From: Octopus bimaculoides | Taxonomy: Eukaryota | Assembly: GCF_001194135.2 (NCBI RefSeq) | Contig: NC_068987.1 | Span: 24,836,360 to 24,900,359 of the forward strand | Direction of reading: 5' to 3' | DNA: 64,000 nucleotides | Shown: piece after piece, positions 40,001-54,037 of the stretch | Layout of the letters: each line of letters starts with the position of its first letter | How positions within the stretch are numbered: position 1 is the first letter of the stretch | Notes under the pieces: model-generated | Database searches by the model: none | What the model saw: the letters and a program-made list of their open reading frames with translations, nothing else | Told to the model about the DNA's origin: nothing | Position numbers and translations under genes: made by a program

Positions 40001-42826
40001 AATGACATCTGATAGTCTGGTTGGTCATGTAATATATTCAGTTACATAATTAAAGAGGGAGAGAGAGAGATGAATTGAAACTTACTATATTAGGTACACG
40101 TCCTTTAGATACATCAAGTAGAACTCCTCTGTAAGGCAGCGATGGTGAATCTGTAATCTAAGCAAAGAAAATGACAATATTCAGGGCAATAACATATACT
40201 GATTAGTTTGTTTTAGCCATAGAGGCTATGACCATGTTGGAATACTTCCCTTCATAATATGTGATATTGCTGTTTTTTTTTTTACGAGGAATAAATTAAC
40301 TGCATCTGTGAATTAAGATTTTCTATATAAAATGAAAATAAACATTAATGGTAGCAAATCTGGGACTGGGTTTGTTTCACCATTCTGTCCTGGGTATGAA
40401 TTTAAACTGCATTTGGTAGTCGGGCTTTAGTTTGGGAGTTGTAAGGTTTTGAGGAGTGTGACCACTTCTCAGCCACTATTGTTTCTAAGTCTGCTCTGAC
40501 TTGGAGTAGTAGCATCTGTCTAGGTCTCAACTATAACTTAAATAGCATGTAACCACTTAAGCCAGGGTATGTTGAAATCATGGGATGCAGCATGGTGGAA
40601 GTGAATTATTTTGGCAGATGAACATACTAAATCAATGGCGAATATCACTGATGCTGAGTGGATGAACAGACAACAAACTGTTAACCATCAGGTTCAACTA
40701 GTTCAGTTGTTAGCAAACTGCTGCTATCGTCTGTAGTCATGGCATGAGCAGAAGTGTTATTTTAACTAGTGAAAGACCAATGTGACTAAAACACACACCA
40801 GACATTCATGCTTCATCTCTCAACTGGGATTTCTGGGATGGAAGTTGCTTGACTTGATTAACTGACTGTAATCAAAAACAAATGCCCTGTGTTTCAAATA
40901 ATTATGACCTCTTCAGTGCAGAAGTTATAAGAAAATCTCTAAGTAAATGCATGAAAACACACTTGTTGGCAGGGGAACAGAGAAAAAAATGAATTACTTT
41001 TAGATGCTATCTGTATGAAATAACAATAGTTAAGTTAATGTTAATCTACTTAGTACATGGAGAATTATATCTATCTATGTACTGAAATTCGACACAGGAT
41101 ATTGCTGCTGTTGCTCTGGTTGTTGTTGTTTACCCCGCATCATCTATGATAAATCAGGCCAATGATCAAAGCCATTCTGACCCAAATCGTTTTGACTTTC
41201 TATAATTTTGAAACATATGATATGCCCTTCTTTCTTTTAAGTAGGATATAGCTTCAAGGAGCTGTGGGTAGTAGTTTCTAGCAGGCTGAGTAACTGCATA
41301 AATACCACCTTGCTTGTTAGAATACAAGAAATCAATAGTTAATAAACTACACATTTCAGAAGGGATAATTAAGTAACTGACCATCACTCTCTAGTTTCTA
41401 TTTACCTGTATGTCATAATCATAACTATCATCATCATTAAATGTCCAGCTTCCATGCTGACATGGGTCGGACAATTAAATAGGATCTGATGAACCAGGGG
41501 GCTGTGTTAGTCTTCAATGCTTGCTTTTACATAGTTCCTATTACTGGATGCCCATCCTAATGCCAAACACTTTACAGTGTATACTGGGTCCCTTTTTCAT
41601 GGAATTGGCATTATTGGGGTCACCAAGTAACTCACAAGACAAGCCCACTTGACTGAGTGGGGTGGGGGCAGTAAGTATATACCAGAGACAATAGAAATCA
41701 GCAAATGGGGCACATGCAAGTAGGGGACTCACACAGATACGAGCAATTAACTAAAACGATAAAGAAACAATTAATTCATAGTAAACAACTATGTTCATTG
41801 GCAAATTGGTGACATAAACTTGGTTCCTTGAAAACAAAACAACAATATTTTAGCACTCACAGATCGTGCCAAAATTTTACTGTGAAAAGAACAAAAAGCA
41901 AAAACTTACTTCTAATAATGGGATACTGATGCCTGATTCTGTTTTGTATAAATTGAACAACTGGCTTAATGTAATAATTGCATAAGAAAGACTTTGGATA
42001 TCATGAGCCAGGATTTTGACCTACAAAAGAAAAGAGAAAGCTGAATATGTCATCATCATTTAACATCCGTTGTCCATGCTAGCATGGGTTGGGTGGTTTG
42101 AGTGGGCTGGCATGGTGGAAGGCATGTAAAAGTAAGCACCAAGCTCCAGTCTGATTCGGCATGGTTTTCTACAGTTGGATGCCCTTCCTAATGCCAACCA
42201 CTCTGAGAGTGTAATGGGTGCTTTTATGTGCCACCGGCACAGGTGCCATTTGCGTGACACTGGTATCTGTCATGACTGTGATTTTGCTTGGCTTGATGGG
42301 TCTTCTTCTCAAGCACAACATAATGCCAAACGCCTTGGTCGTTACCACTTTGATAATTATTAAAATTGAAATAATAATAATGGTTTCAAATTTTGACACA
42401 AGGCCAGCAATTTCTGGGGGCAGGGGTTAGTTGATTAGATCAACTCCATGTCTCAACTGGTAATTATTTAATTCCTAGAGAAAGGATAAAGGCAAAGTTG
42501 ACCTTGGAGGAATTTGAACTCAGAACATAAAGATGGACGAAATACCACTAAGCATTTTGCCTGCTGTGTTAACAAGTCTGCCAGTTTGCTGCCTCAATAA
42601 TAATAATAATCCTTTCTACTATAGGCCCCAAACTTGAAATTTTGGGGGAGGGGGATAAGACAATTATATCAACCCTAGTGCGTAACTGGTACTTATTTCA
42701 TTGACCCCGAAAGGATGAAAGGCAAAGGTGACCTTGGCAGAATTTGAACTCAGAATGTAGCATGAGATGAAATACCGCTAAGCATTTCTCCCAGCGTGCT
42801 CACGATTCTGTCAGCTTGCTGCCTTT

Positions 42827-42857
<31 letters not shown>

Positions 42858-45800
42858 CAACCAACAATAATAATAATAATCCTTTCTACTTGAGGCACAA
42901 GGCCTCAAATTTGTGGGGTGGGGACTAGTTGATTATATCGACCCCAGTGTTTCACTGGTATTTAATTTATTGACTCTGAAAGGATGAAAGGCAAAGTTAA
43001 CCTTGGCGGAATTTGAACTTAGAAATACCACTAGGCATTTCTCCCAGTGTGCTAATGATTCTGCCAGCTCGCTGCTTTTAATATAATAATAATAATAATA
43101 ATGATAATAATAATAAACATGGATGTACACTAAGAAGCTCTCTCTCTCTCTCTACAAAACAAACTCAATCCAAAAACATCAGTGCGATGGAAGGAAAACT
43201 TCACAAAACAACTGTGGGAAAAGTTCTGTTAAAGCAGAGAAACTAAAAAACTGGGAAGATTTTTGTCATTTAAAGGGTAGTTTCTTTCTTAATTGCAAGA
43301 TATCTCTGTGACACATTTGACGAAACAATAGACCATCTCATCTCGGGATGTCCTATCCTGACACCAAATAAATATAAAAATCACCATGATAGGGTAAAAC
43401 AGTATTTGCATTGGAAAATACGTAAACACTACAAAATCAGTACTTCTGCTTACTGGTACAAACACCATCCTCAGCCAGCCATTGAAGGTAAAAATTTCAC
43501 TATCCTAAGCTACAGAAGCTTAAAGAACCATTGAACAGTCAGAAATTTGACAAGAAAGTGGAGGTGGAAGCTTATAAAAGACATCAGCAGGTTCCCATGT
43601 CACAGCTTTCTGCAAACCAGAGAGCAGATGTGTAGCTGGGGCAAGTTTTCAACCAGAAATAAGTTGATATGATAATAGAATAGTATTGTAGATAGGGTTA
43701 TTAAAACTAACAGATAGATCTGGAAAGACTGGAAGCAGACAACTATACAAAGTAGCTAAAAGAAGCTACACCTGATGTGTAGCTTCTCGAGAATAAAAGC
43801 AGAAAAAAGAGGTTTGCGCATGTTACATGACATGAGAATTGGAGATGTAAAATGTTCTGGATTGTAAGGCAGTGAACTAGAGAAAATTGAGATGTCATGG
43901 GGAGTAGTGTGTATGGAATGATAAGGGCATACTAGCTCTCAATGATATTGAAAAGAAAGAAGTATGAGAGGTTGCTGTATGAGGAGAATGCATGAGAGAA
44001 AGCAGATCTTCTTAACAGAGATCCATCTGAGGGACCAACCACTGAAGCTGACAAGTCAAAAGCACAATCAAGAAAATCAAGGCTAGAAAGACAGCCTTGT
44101 TACTGTCTGTCATACTGATTCTTATTTCTTTATTACCCACAAGAGGCTAAACATAGAGGGGACAAACAAGGATAGACAAAGGGATTAAGTCGATGACAAC
44201 AACCCCAGTGCATAAGTGGAATTTAATTTATCAACCCCGAAAGGATGAAAGGCGGAATTTGAACTCAGAACGTAGCGGCAGACGAAATATCGCAAAGCAT
44301 TTCGCCCAGCGTGCTAACGTTTCTGCCAGCTCACCGCCTTGTCTGTCATACTGATTCTGCCCAAGAATTACATTAAGGATTCATGTGTTAGTGGAATGTT
44401 CAGGCACCTACATGCTAATTCAACAAACAGGTAATTTTGTTGATCAAACCATCGAATACTCATTGTTGAAACTGATGAAAATTACTGCTTCAACTCAGAA
44501 ATAAAAGTAAAAGAACCCTACAAACTATGGAATCAATTTAGCAAGAAGCTGTTTACCTGAAAAGTCTGGATGATGATTTTGTAGCTGGCTTTCTCCACAC
44601 ACAGTCGGCTGCTAACATGACATAGGATACAGGTGGTGTTGTACTCATATGCTGGTGACTGTAAATTAATGATTGTTTCGATGCCCATGGATGTGAACAT
44701 GAACTTTCGACAGTTCCACACTTGAGCCACAGAATGTATGCCTGTTTTTAAAAAAAAAAAAATTAGTGAATAACAAAAGACAAAAAAAGGTGGGGTGGGG
44801 TGAGACAATTCATTTTGAGTATTCCTCCATCACCATGGTTTATTTGGAGAGGGAAAGAGAGACGGAAGCTATGTTCCTCACAGGTCATGTGACACTGGTG
44901 ACACTGATATAATTGCTGTTTAGTTTGAACATCGTTTTAAGTCACTATCTTCTGGGAGAAAGTTCCAGAGGATTAAAGCTGAATTGAGAGAGGGGACATT
45001 GGGTTAGTGTAGAGCTTGGAGAAGGAGAGTGAAACAGTAAGGGTGATGTGAGGCAGAGAGGTAGGTATGTCAGGTGACCCTGGGTGGAGTATGAGCTGTA
45101 GTGAATAGAAAAAGTAGAGTATTTGATCGGTAATTTGTTTTATTGACTCTGGAAAGGTAAAAATTGAATTTCATGGAACTTGAACTTAGAAACTAATTTA
45201 AATAATGCAAGTAAGGACATGTACATGTTTGAAAAGTTGATGAAAATGATAACAGTGGCAACAATCAAGATGATAACAACAACAACAAGGATGACGATGA
45301 TGACTACATCAAGTGATATATACAATGACAATACTAAAACAACAATGATAATAATAATATTAATGATGATGATGATGATAATGCTAAGAGTGGTAAATGT
45401 GAGGGAAGAGCAAACAACTTACTAATATCTGACATAGTTGACAGATATATGTGGAGGACATCATCTGGGATAAAATGGTTCCCTTCTTTCTGGACAATAG
45501 ACTGTGGTCGAGGCCACAATAGGGACAGTTGTTCCTCTGTCACCACAGTCTTTGGAAACATCGGTAGACATTCTAATTCTTTCTGTAGGAAGTAAAGCAT
45601 AGGAAGATATAATCAAAGTTTATTGAGAATTTTCCTTCTACAAAAAATTTCTTTCAAAACCTGTTTTCAGCAATGGAAAATTGTGATTTTTCCCATCCAA
45701 AACAGCTTTTCAAAATTTGAATCCCTCTTTCACTCACCACTAATTCTTTTTTTTTTTTTTTTCAATTTTTCTCAAAACATTTATTTTGAATTCCAATGTT

Positions 45801-48800
45801 TAAAAAATACAAAGATCATAATTCTGAAAAAAATTTTTCCCCCCAAAATTCATATTTTAAAAAAGCACTCTTCCCCACATTTCTGGAACCTTAACCTTAT
45901 CTGCTAACCCTAACCAACAACAACCTTCCCCAGAAGTTTTCCAACTCATCTATTCATATGTGTTCTTTGTGGATAGCTGTTGAACCAGCAAGTGACATGA
46001 ACAAGATCTTAGAACTATTTACCAAATAGATAGCATTATCTGTACTTCATGTTCCATACCTACATTCTCTCCAAGTTTTAACAGGAAATTCAGAATTATT
46101 TCAAACTGTGAAGTTTGCCCTTTTGAAGGTTCTTTTGGTGATGTTTGATGTTGATGACACAGCTTTCTTTGACTAAATTTTCCACTTTTGTGCTTTGGAA
46201 CAGGATTAGTAGTTTGTCTAAATGGTATTAATCCTTTAGTATTCAAATGACTCTATGATCAGTAATGCTTATTTATTCACACTGTTTCGAATTAATTATG
46301 TATTATGTTGTACCTCAAAAATTTCGATGACATGATTGTTTATTTTTAGAATGACTTTGTAAGGTAGGTATGAGAGGCCGAATCTGGTCAGTTTTTACAT
46401 AAAACAGGTAGAATATATGGTATAGATATGGCCAGTTTAAATGTTAAATGGTTAAACCTATTTTGCACTTCAGAATCATGAGTGTGGACAAACAGAATAG
46501 TATCTTTCTTGACTATTTTTCGTCTTGGTGTCCTGAGTTGAGATATGTTCAATTCCTTTGCCCTTTTAATATGTTGGTATTGGAACTTTCTCAGGATACT
46601 TTAATAAATGAGTCAACAAAACTAAGTGAGGCTGGTCTAAAGTGTTAATGGATAAAATATAGGGATATGCAAGATCAACTTTTGAGAGCATAGTTTATTA
46701 TGAAGTGAAAATACAGACTAACAAAGATATTGAGCTAGTAGCACAATTGGATAGTGTACTGTACTTATAGACAGTACCTTCACTGTAAAAGTCATGGATG
46801 AGAAAGGCAGAGGTTGTGAGTTTGTACCTCACTTAGAGCACTGATATTTAGTCCAACTTATGCCAGCATGGAAAATGGATGTTAAAGGATGATAGGATGA
46901 TGATATCACATGGATTTATGAGTTCAAATCAACAGCTCTGGTTTTGCTTTCAATCCAGCCAGGACACTTCACACTGTACATGTCAGTCTGTGTAGGAAGC
47001 CATGTAGAACAGACAAGAGCTTGTTAAAAAAAAGTCATCTGAAGTAATTGTAGCTCATCTACTTAATACTATAATAGCTGAAGTTAAGCAAAGAAACTGA
47101 ATCTTTGAGGAAACTTCTCTGAATAATGTATTAGAACAAGAGTCAAAAAAAAAAAAAAGGTGCAGATGTAATATAAATGGATTGTAGGTCTATGTTTAAT
47201 GTAGATGATCTGTAATGTTTTTAGGTGATACACTTAATTCTCTATTGTCATCAGTTTTAACCCTTTTATAATCATAATTCTAACAAAATACACAGTGTAT
47301 ATGTTTTAATAAATTCTACATTATTTTGTTTTATTTTTAGAAAAATTGAAAAGAAAATGTTTGGCGTTTGACCAGAATATCAAAGAGAACTTACAATTTG
47401 GTTGGATAGTTCTTGTATTTTACTTCCTGAAGATGTAGGAGGTATACTGACAACAGGATATTCTAATAAGGGAGATTCAGTTACTGTATCAATTATTTCT
47501 GTTGCATTTGTCACACTATTTTGAATGACTGATTCTGATAAGGCAAAGTCTTCAGCTGAACAAGAAAAAAATCAGAAAAAGAAAAAAAAAAAGAGATATA
47601 TAAAAAGCAGTTATAGTGAATTTAACTTAAACATCATGGCAAGACAATTACATTGCAGCTAGAAAACCCTCAGAGTAAAGCTATGTCACTATGTTTTTAA
47701 GAAAAACAAAACATCTTATGATCTGAACAAGTGAAGTCATTAGGGACTCACTATTCAGGTTAAATTCTAAAGTTTATTTTTCATTATTCTACATCAACAA
47801 AGCTGAAAAATAAATATCATTCTTAAAGTGGTGAAAGAAGACTGGACTGCCAACTTTAAAATTTTATTGACATTTTTCTGTCATCAATATATTACCTGAT
47901 ACTCTCTTAAGATGATTACACACACACACACACACATTCAAATATAGGCATGTGGTTTAGTAGCTAAAGTATTCGGCTCATGATCATAAGGTTGTGAGTT
48001 CAATACTTGGTGGCATGTTGTTTCCTTGAGCAAGACATCTTATTTCACTTTGCTCCAATTCACTCAGCTGGCAAAAGTGGGTTGTGTCTGTAATTCAAAG
48101 GGCCAGCCTTGACACATTCTGTGTAATGCTGAATCTCCCCGGGAACTACGTTAAGAGTATGCATGTCTGTGGAGTGCTCAGCCACTTGCACATTAATTTC
48201 ACGAGCAGGCTGTTCCGTTGATTGGCACAACTGAAACTTCTAAAGTCAAATTCACTGCAGTTACTGAGGAGAAAACATTCTCTGTTATGGTAAAAGGTGT
48301 AATAACACCATATCTGTCAGTGTTGGTTCCAGCTGGATTCTCAGACACAACATTTCTAGCCCTTTAGTTGTTATCAATGGGAAATATGAAAGAGAGCTAA
48401 GTGTGGGCAGATTTAAAGCCATACAATTAACATATTTTAACAAACCTAAAGTTTGTTTATGCCCAAACACTGCGATACTGCTGAATTTCTCCTGATCTGA
48501 CAGTCTAACAGTACAACTCAGTCAATGTTATTGACAGTGATTTTGTTAAAGCTATGGCTTTAAGTCTGTCCAGAGTTGCCTCTCTTAGTTATTTCCCTTT
48601 GATAATAGTTAAAGAGAAGCCAGCACTGGACAGACATGGTGTTTTCACACCCTTTACTATAAGAGAAAATATTTTCACCATGGTAACTGCGATGAATTTG
48701 CCTTTAAAAATTTGGATTATGTTACAAACATATTTTAACTAACCGAAAGTTTGTTTATGCCTAAACACTGCTTGGCACTGATACTCTTGAATATATATAA

Positions 48801-51800
48801 TCATCATCATCGTTTACTCATAAGGTATCAAGGCTAGAATAAAAAGTACTTGCTCAAGGTGCTGCACAGTGCAACTGAACCTGAAACCATGTGGTTAAAA
48901 TGCATACTTTTTAACCACACAGACATGCCTGAATCCATGAAGATTTTTATCAGAAAAGTATATTATGTTTGGTTTAGGAAATTTAACTTTATGAAAGGGA
49001 AAGATGCTACAATAATAATTTTAATATTTCAATTCTTTGAGATATGCAGTTTATCTCAAAGGCTTCTCAAGAGTAAAAATGTTTTGAACCACTGGGCTAA
49101 GCCATTTCTCTGCCAAAAACATACCTACCCCACCATACCAATGCTGTTACCTATCTGCATGTATAAATCAAAAACGTAAAATTAAAACAGAACACCAAGG
49201 ATTCCGCGGGCGGTACACATGTTTCAAGCTTTATACACAAACAGTCGTTGCATCATTATATGATTGTGATATAATCTTGGGAAAGAATATATTTGCGGCT
49301 GAAGATAGCTTTATACCATCCTGTCTATCAATTATATACTCATATAATGATGTAACGACTGTTTGTGTATAAAGCTTGAAACACGTGTACTGCGGAATCC
49401 TTTGTGTTCTGTTTTAATTTTACATTTATTCTTTCACCTCGACCACTATCTGGCATATACAGGTGCTTACAATTATCAAGTATTACCTCTAAAATTTGCT
49501 TTATCTACATGTATATGTATCTGCCAGTGAAGAGTCTGCATGAAGGTCCTCTCCATCTTAACCTTGAGTAGATAGGCAGGCAAATAGGCAGACATGCAAG
49601 TGAAAGTGAGCAGGATAGTCAATGAAATAGAATGACAGAAAAAAAAAGATAGGTAAACAGATAACTATTAGATAGATATTAGACAGATAAGTATCAGATA
49701 GAAACTGTTAGTTACACAGACAAATAAATAGACTTAAATAGGCAGACATGTGGAGGAAGAGAGAGAAAGAGAAATAGAGAGAAAAGGGAGAGAGACAGAC
49801 AAATAGCCAGAGAGAGGGGGGGAGAGAGAGACAGATAAATAACCTGACACAGAGATAGAAAGAGAGAAAAAAAATCACCAAATCTGGACTTACTAAGAAT
49901 GTCTTGGAATAGCTTTTTACTAAGTTTAGTTGGAGGGTTCTGCAAGAGGCTGAGTAGAATTGCATTACGATCTGCAAGATCAAGAGCGGATTTGCCTATA
50001 TTGTCTCTGTAAGGAATAAAAAGGGCAGGAAAGTACATAGATAAATAAAAACTGTTGTAATTAATAGATTATGTGGTTGTGTGGGTGTACATATGGCTGG
50101 GTGCAAGTGTAGGTATGTGAATGGCTAGATGTATATATCTGTATGGTTGGATGTAAGTGCATGGCTGGGTGCAAATGTGCAGTAGAATGCATGTGTATGA
50201 GTGGTTGGATGCATGTGTGCGTGCATGTGTGGTTGGATGTATGTGTATGGTTGAGTGAATGAATATGTATGTGTAGCTAGGAGTAAGTGTGTGGTTACGT
50301 GCATATGGGTTTTGTGTGGCTCAATTTATGTAGAAATATGTAGTTGTTGTTGAACAGCAAGTCAGCTCTGATGGAGTGGACCTATGATCGAAAACACTCC
50401 AGTCATGGCCATCCCACTCTTTCAGACATTAGTGTATCTAAGACTATATTATTCAATGTATCCTTTTAAGATACAGAAATGTTATTTGAGAAAGATTTTT
50501 GGCAACTATTTTCAATGATGTGAGTGAGCGTGTTGAATCTCCCTCCCTATATATATGTGGTTATTGTTGTTTAGCACCAGGACAGCCTTGTTTAAGTAAG
50601 CTTTGGACATATCATCTAAGATGCACACAAACACATATATATCTATCAAAACCACTCACAAGATTTTGGTCAGCCTGCATCTATAGTGGAACACATTTGC
50701 CCAAGGTGCTATGCAGTGGGACTGAACTTGGAATAATGTGGCTGGGAAACAAACTTCTCAAAACACAGCCATGCTTGCACCTCTGTTTCATAAAATTTAA
50801 GAAGACTGCAAACTTTTATGAACTTGTCCAAAACCACACAGAAGAAAGAGACCACTATACCGAAGGTAACTGGGCAGAAAAAATTTACAATCAATAAATG
50901 TCTTAGAACAACCAGTCACTCATCTGGGAAGGCCTTGAAATCAATGTTACCAACTAGGGAGTATGTGTGACCCAGTAATAATAAAAAAAACTCAAAGGAG
51001 GTCTGCAACGAAATAATTTTACTCAACACTTTGCAAGTGAATCAGTGGAGGCCAAGATGCGTCTTATTTACTTGACAATTTATGCACCACATTGCAGAAA
51101 TCACAATGTAAGTATATCTGAAAGGATAGTCTTACACTGTTGTACCGTTGAATTACAAATAATGCTCATCTGTTATGTTTGGGTGACCCTATAACTTCCA
51201 ATAGTACAACTGTATTCGTCTTTGCTTAGGAAAAATGACTAAATTGTGGGTGTGAAGTCCCCATGAAGGGGTCTTTGTAACTTCTAAGAAGAAATTTTAG
51301 AAATATTACTTTATTTGTGTGTAANNNNNNNNNNNNNNNNNNNNNNNNNNNNNNNNNNNNNNNNNNNNNNNNNNNNNNNNNNNNNNNNNNNNNNNNNNNN
51401 NNNNNNNNNNNNNNNNNNNNNNNNNNNNNNNNNNNNNNNNNNNNNNNNNNNNNNNNNNNNNNNNNNNNNNNNNNNNNNNNNNNNNNNNNNNNNNNNNNNN
51501 NNNNNNNNNNNNNNNNNNNNNNNNNNNNNNNNNNNNNNNNNNNNNNNNNNNNNNNNNNNNNNNNNNNNNNNNNNNNNNNNNNNNNNNNNNNNNNNNNNNN
51601 NNNNNNNNNNNNNNNNNNNNNNNNNNNNNNNNNNNNNNNNNNNNNNNNNNNNNNNNNNNNNNNNNNNNNNNNNNNNNNNNNNNNNNNNNNNNNNNNNNNN
51701 NNNNNNNNNNNNNNNNNNNNNNNNNNNNNNNNNNNNNNNNNNNNNNNNNNNNNNNNNNNNNNNNNNNNNNNNNNNNNNNNNNNNNNNNNNNNNNNNNNNN

Positions 51801-53736
51801 NNNNNNNNNNNNNNNNNNNNNNNNNNNNNNNNNNNNNTATTATAAGGTTTTTAAACTTTTAAATTTTCATATTCAAAAGAGACAGAGACTTCAAATTCGA
51901 TATATCGATTTATTCACCACTCTATGTTAACATTTCTGTGCCAAACTTATCCAGTGACTGGTCCGTTGGATTTAGACATTTAGATATATCGAATTTGAAG
52001 TCTCTGTCTCTTTTGAATATGAAAATTTAAAAGTTTAAAAACCTTATAATATATATATATATATATACACACACACATCTATATATATATACATGTATAT
52101 GGATACATTTGTGCAGATATATATATATGCATGTATGTATATATGTGAGAGTATAGTTTCACTGTACTATTATCTACTTATTCCATAATGTTTTAACCTT
52201 GTTTACTCAGGGAGCAATCAGTCTTAATGGTTGACAAAAGATGTCAACATCAGCATTGCTTTGCTCAAGCAACGACAAGGGAAATATCAATATTTGTGTA
52301 AAAACACAAACACAAATTTACAAATATGGCCTAATACAGTGCCCAAGGTTCTGTGCAGTGGGCCTGAACTTCAAACCACATGGTTGTGATGTGAACTTCA
52401 TAATTACACAATTAAATAAGTGGCACAACAGAATGTGTAGAAACTAGTGCTAGCCTCTGCCTGCAAATAACACTGTAACAAAATAAATTTTTTTTTGTCT
52501 TTGGCTACTAAGTTTTATTTCCTATTTACTTCTATCTAGAAATCAAAGAAAACTACTACTATCCTCTTTAAACTTTACTTTTGCGACCAGGACATCAATG
52601 TTTTGAAACTAATCTATTTTCTATTGCATTTCAAACAGATTCAGCACTGAGTTGCCGAAGCAGAGATATTGCTATACTCTCTTTAAAAATTTTTTTTTTT
52701 TACTTGTTTCAGTCATTTGACTGCGGCCATGCTGGAGCACCACCTTTAGTCGAGCAAATCGACCCCAGGACTTATTCTTTGGAAGCCTAGTACTTATTCT
52801 ATCGGTCTCTTTTGCCGAACCGCTAAGTTACGGGGACGTAAACACACCAGCATCGGTTGTCAAGCGATGTTGGGGGGGACAGGGGGACAAACACAGACAC
52901 ACAAACATATACATATATATACATACATATATACGACGGGCTTCTTTTAGTTTCCGTCTACTAAATCCACTCACAAGCTTTGGTCAGCCCGAGGCTATAG
53001 TAGAAGACACTTGCCCAAGGTGCCACACAGTGGGACTGAACCCAGAACCATGTGGTTGGTAAGCAAGCTACTTACCACACAGCCACCCCCGCGCCTATAG
53101 CTAATATTCTGCTCAATACCACAGATTTGCTTGTCAGTTACTTGACCTTAACCACTTGAGCATGTGGTCAGCCTTAGTGGCTGACAATATGTGCATCTCT
53201 GATCATGAGCAGGAGTAGTGGGGGAGCATCATAGCCATGTATTAAGAGGGATTCTTTGGGGTTTGAATAAATGTAACAAAAGCAAAATTTGAAGGAAATA
53301 TTAGCCATTTTCATACTTTCTAGGGGTAAGCAAATAGGAAATAACACTTGCTACCCGAGGACAAAAATTGTGTTACACAGTGTAATTAATTAATTAATTC
53401 AGATAGTTCACAAAATAGGAATAAGTTATTTTTCTGGAAAACTAATTTATTTACACATTAGAAAGTTTTTGCTTGAATAAGTTATGTTCTTACCCTCTTT
53501 TAATCTTTAGTGTTGGATCAGCTTTATGGATTAGCAGTTCTTCCACAATCTCAATGTTCCCTCTTGAGACAGCCTCATGAAGTGGAGTGCAACCGTCCAT
53601 GTTGACTGCATTAACATCAGCACCACGCACTAGAAATTACATAACAGAAATAAGTCGAGAGTAGCATACTGAAGAGAAATTATATATAGCAAAGAGTTAG
53701 TGCTTTGAGTCATTCATACATGTGTGTATGTGTGTA

Positions 53737-53769
<33 letters not shown>

Positions 53770-54001
53770 TAGAGAGATAGAGAGAGAGCAAGCATAGAGT
53801 GGTCAGTGGGTTAGATATGTAGTCTAATAATAGAGATTTACTTAAGAGAGATACAAGCATACAAATACAGTGAGAGAGTGAAAAAGAAAAAGCATATGAA
53901 GTCATCACTGTGATAGATACAGAGACACATAGTAGAGGGATTCACTAGATACATAAAAACAGAATGAGGGAGAGAGAGATGGGGAAGGAAGAGAGAGATA
54001 T

Positions 54002-54037
<36 letters not shown>

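Noticed and set aside
41166-41387. Minus-strand ORF as a further exon of the host gene
   Set aside because: No suitable splice sites, and exons 10 and 11 already join in frame with a continuous GH20 motif.
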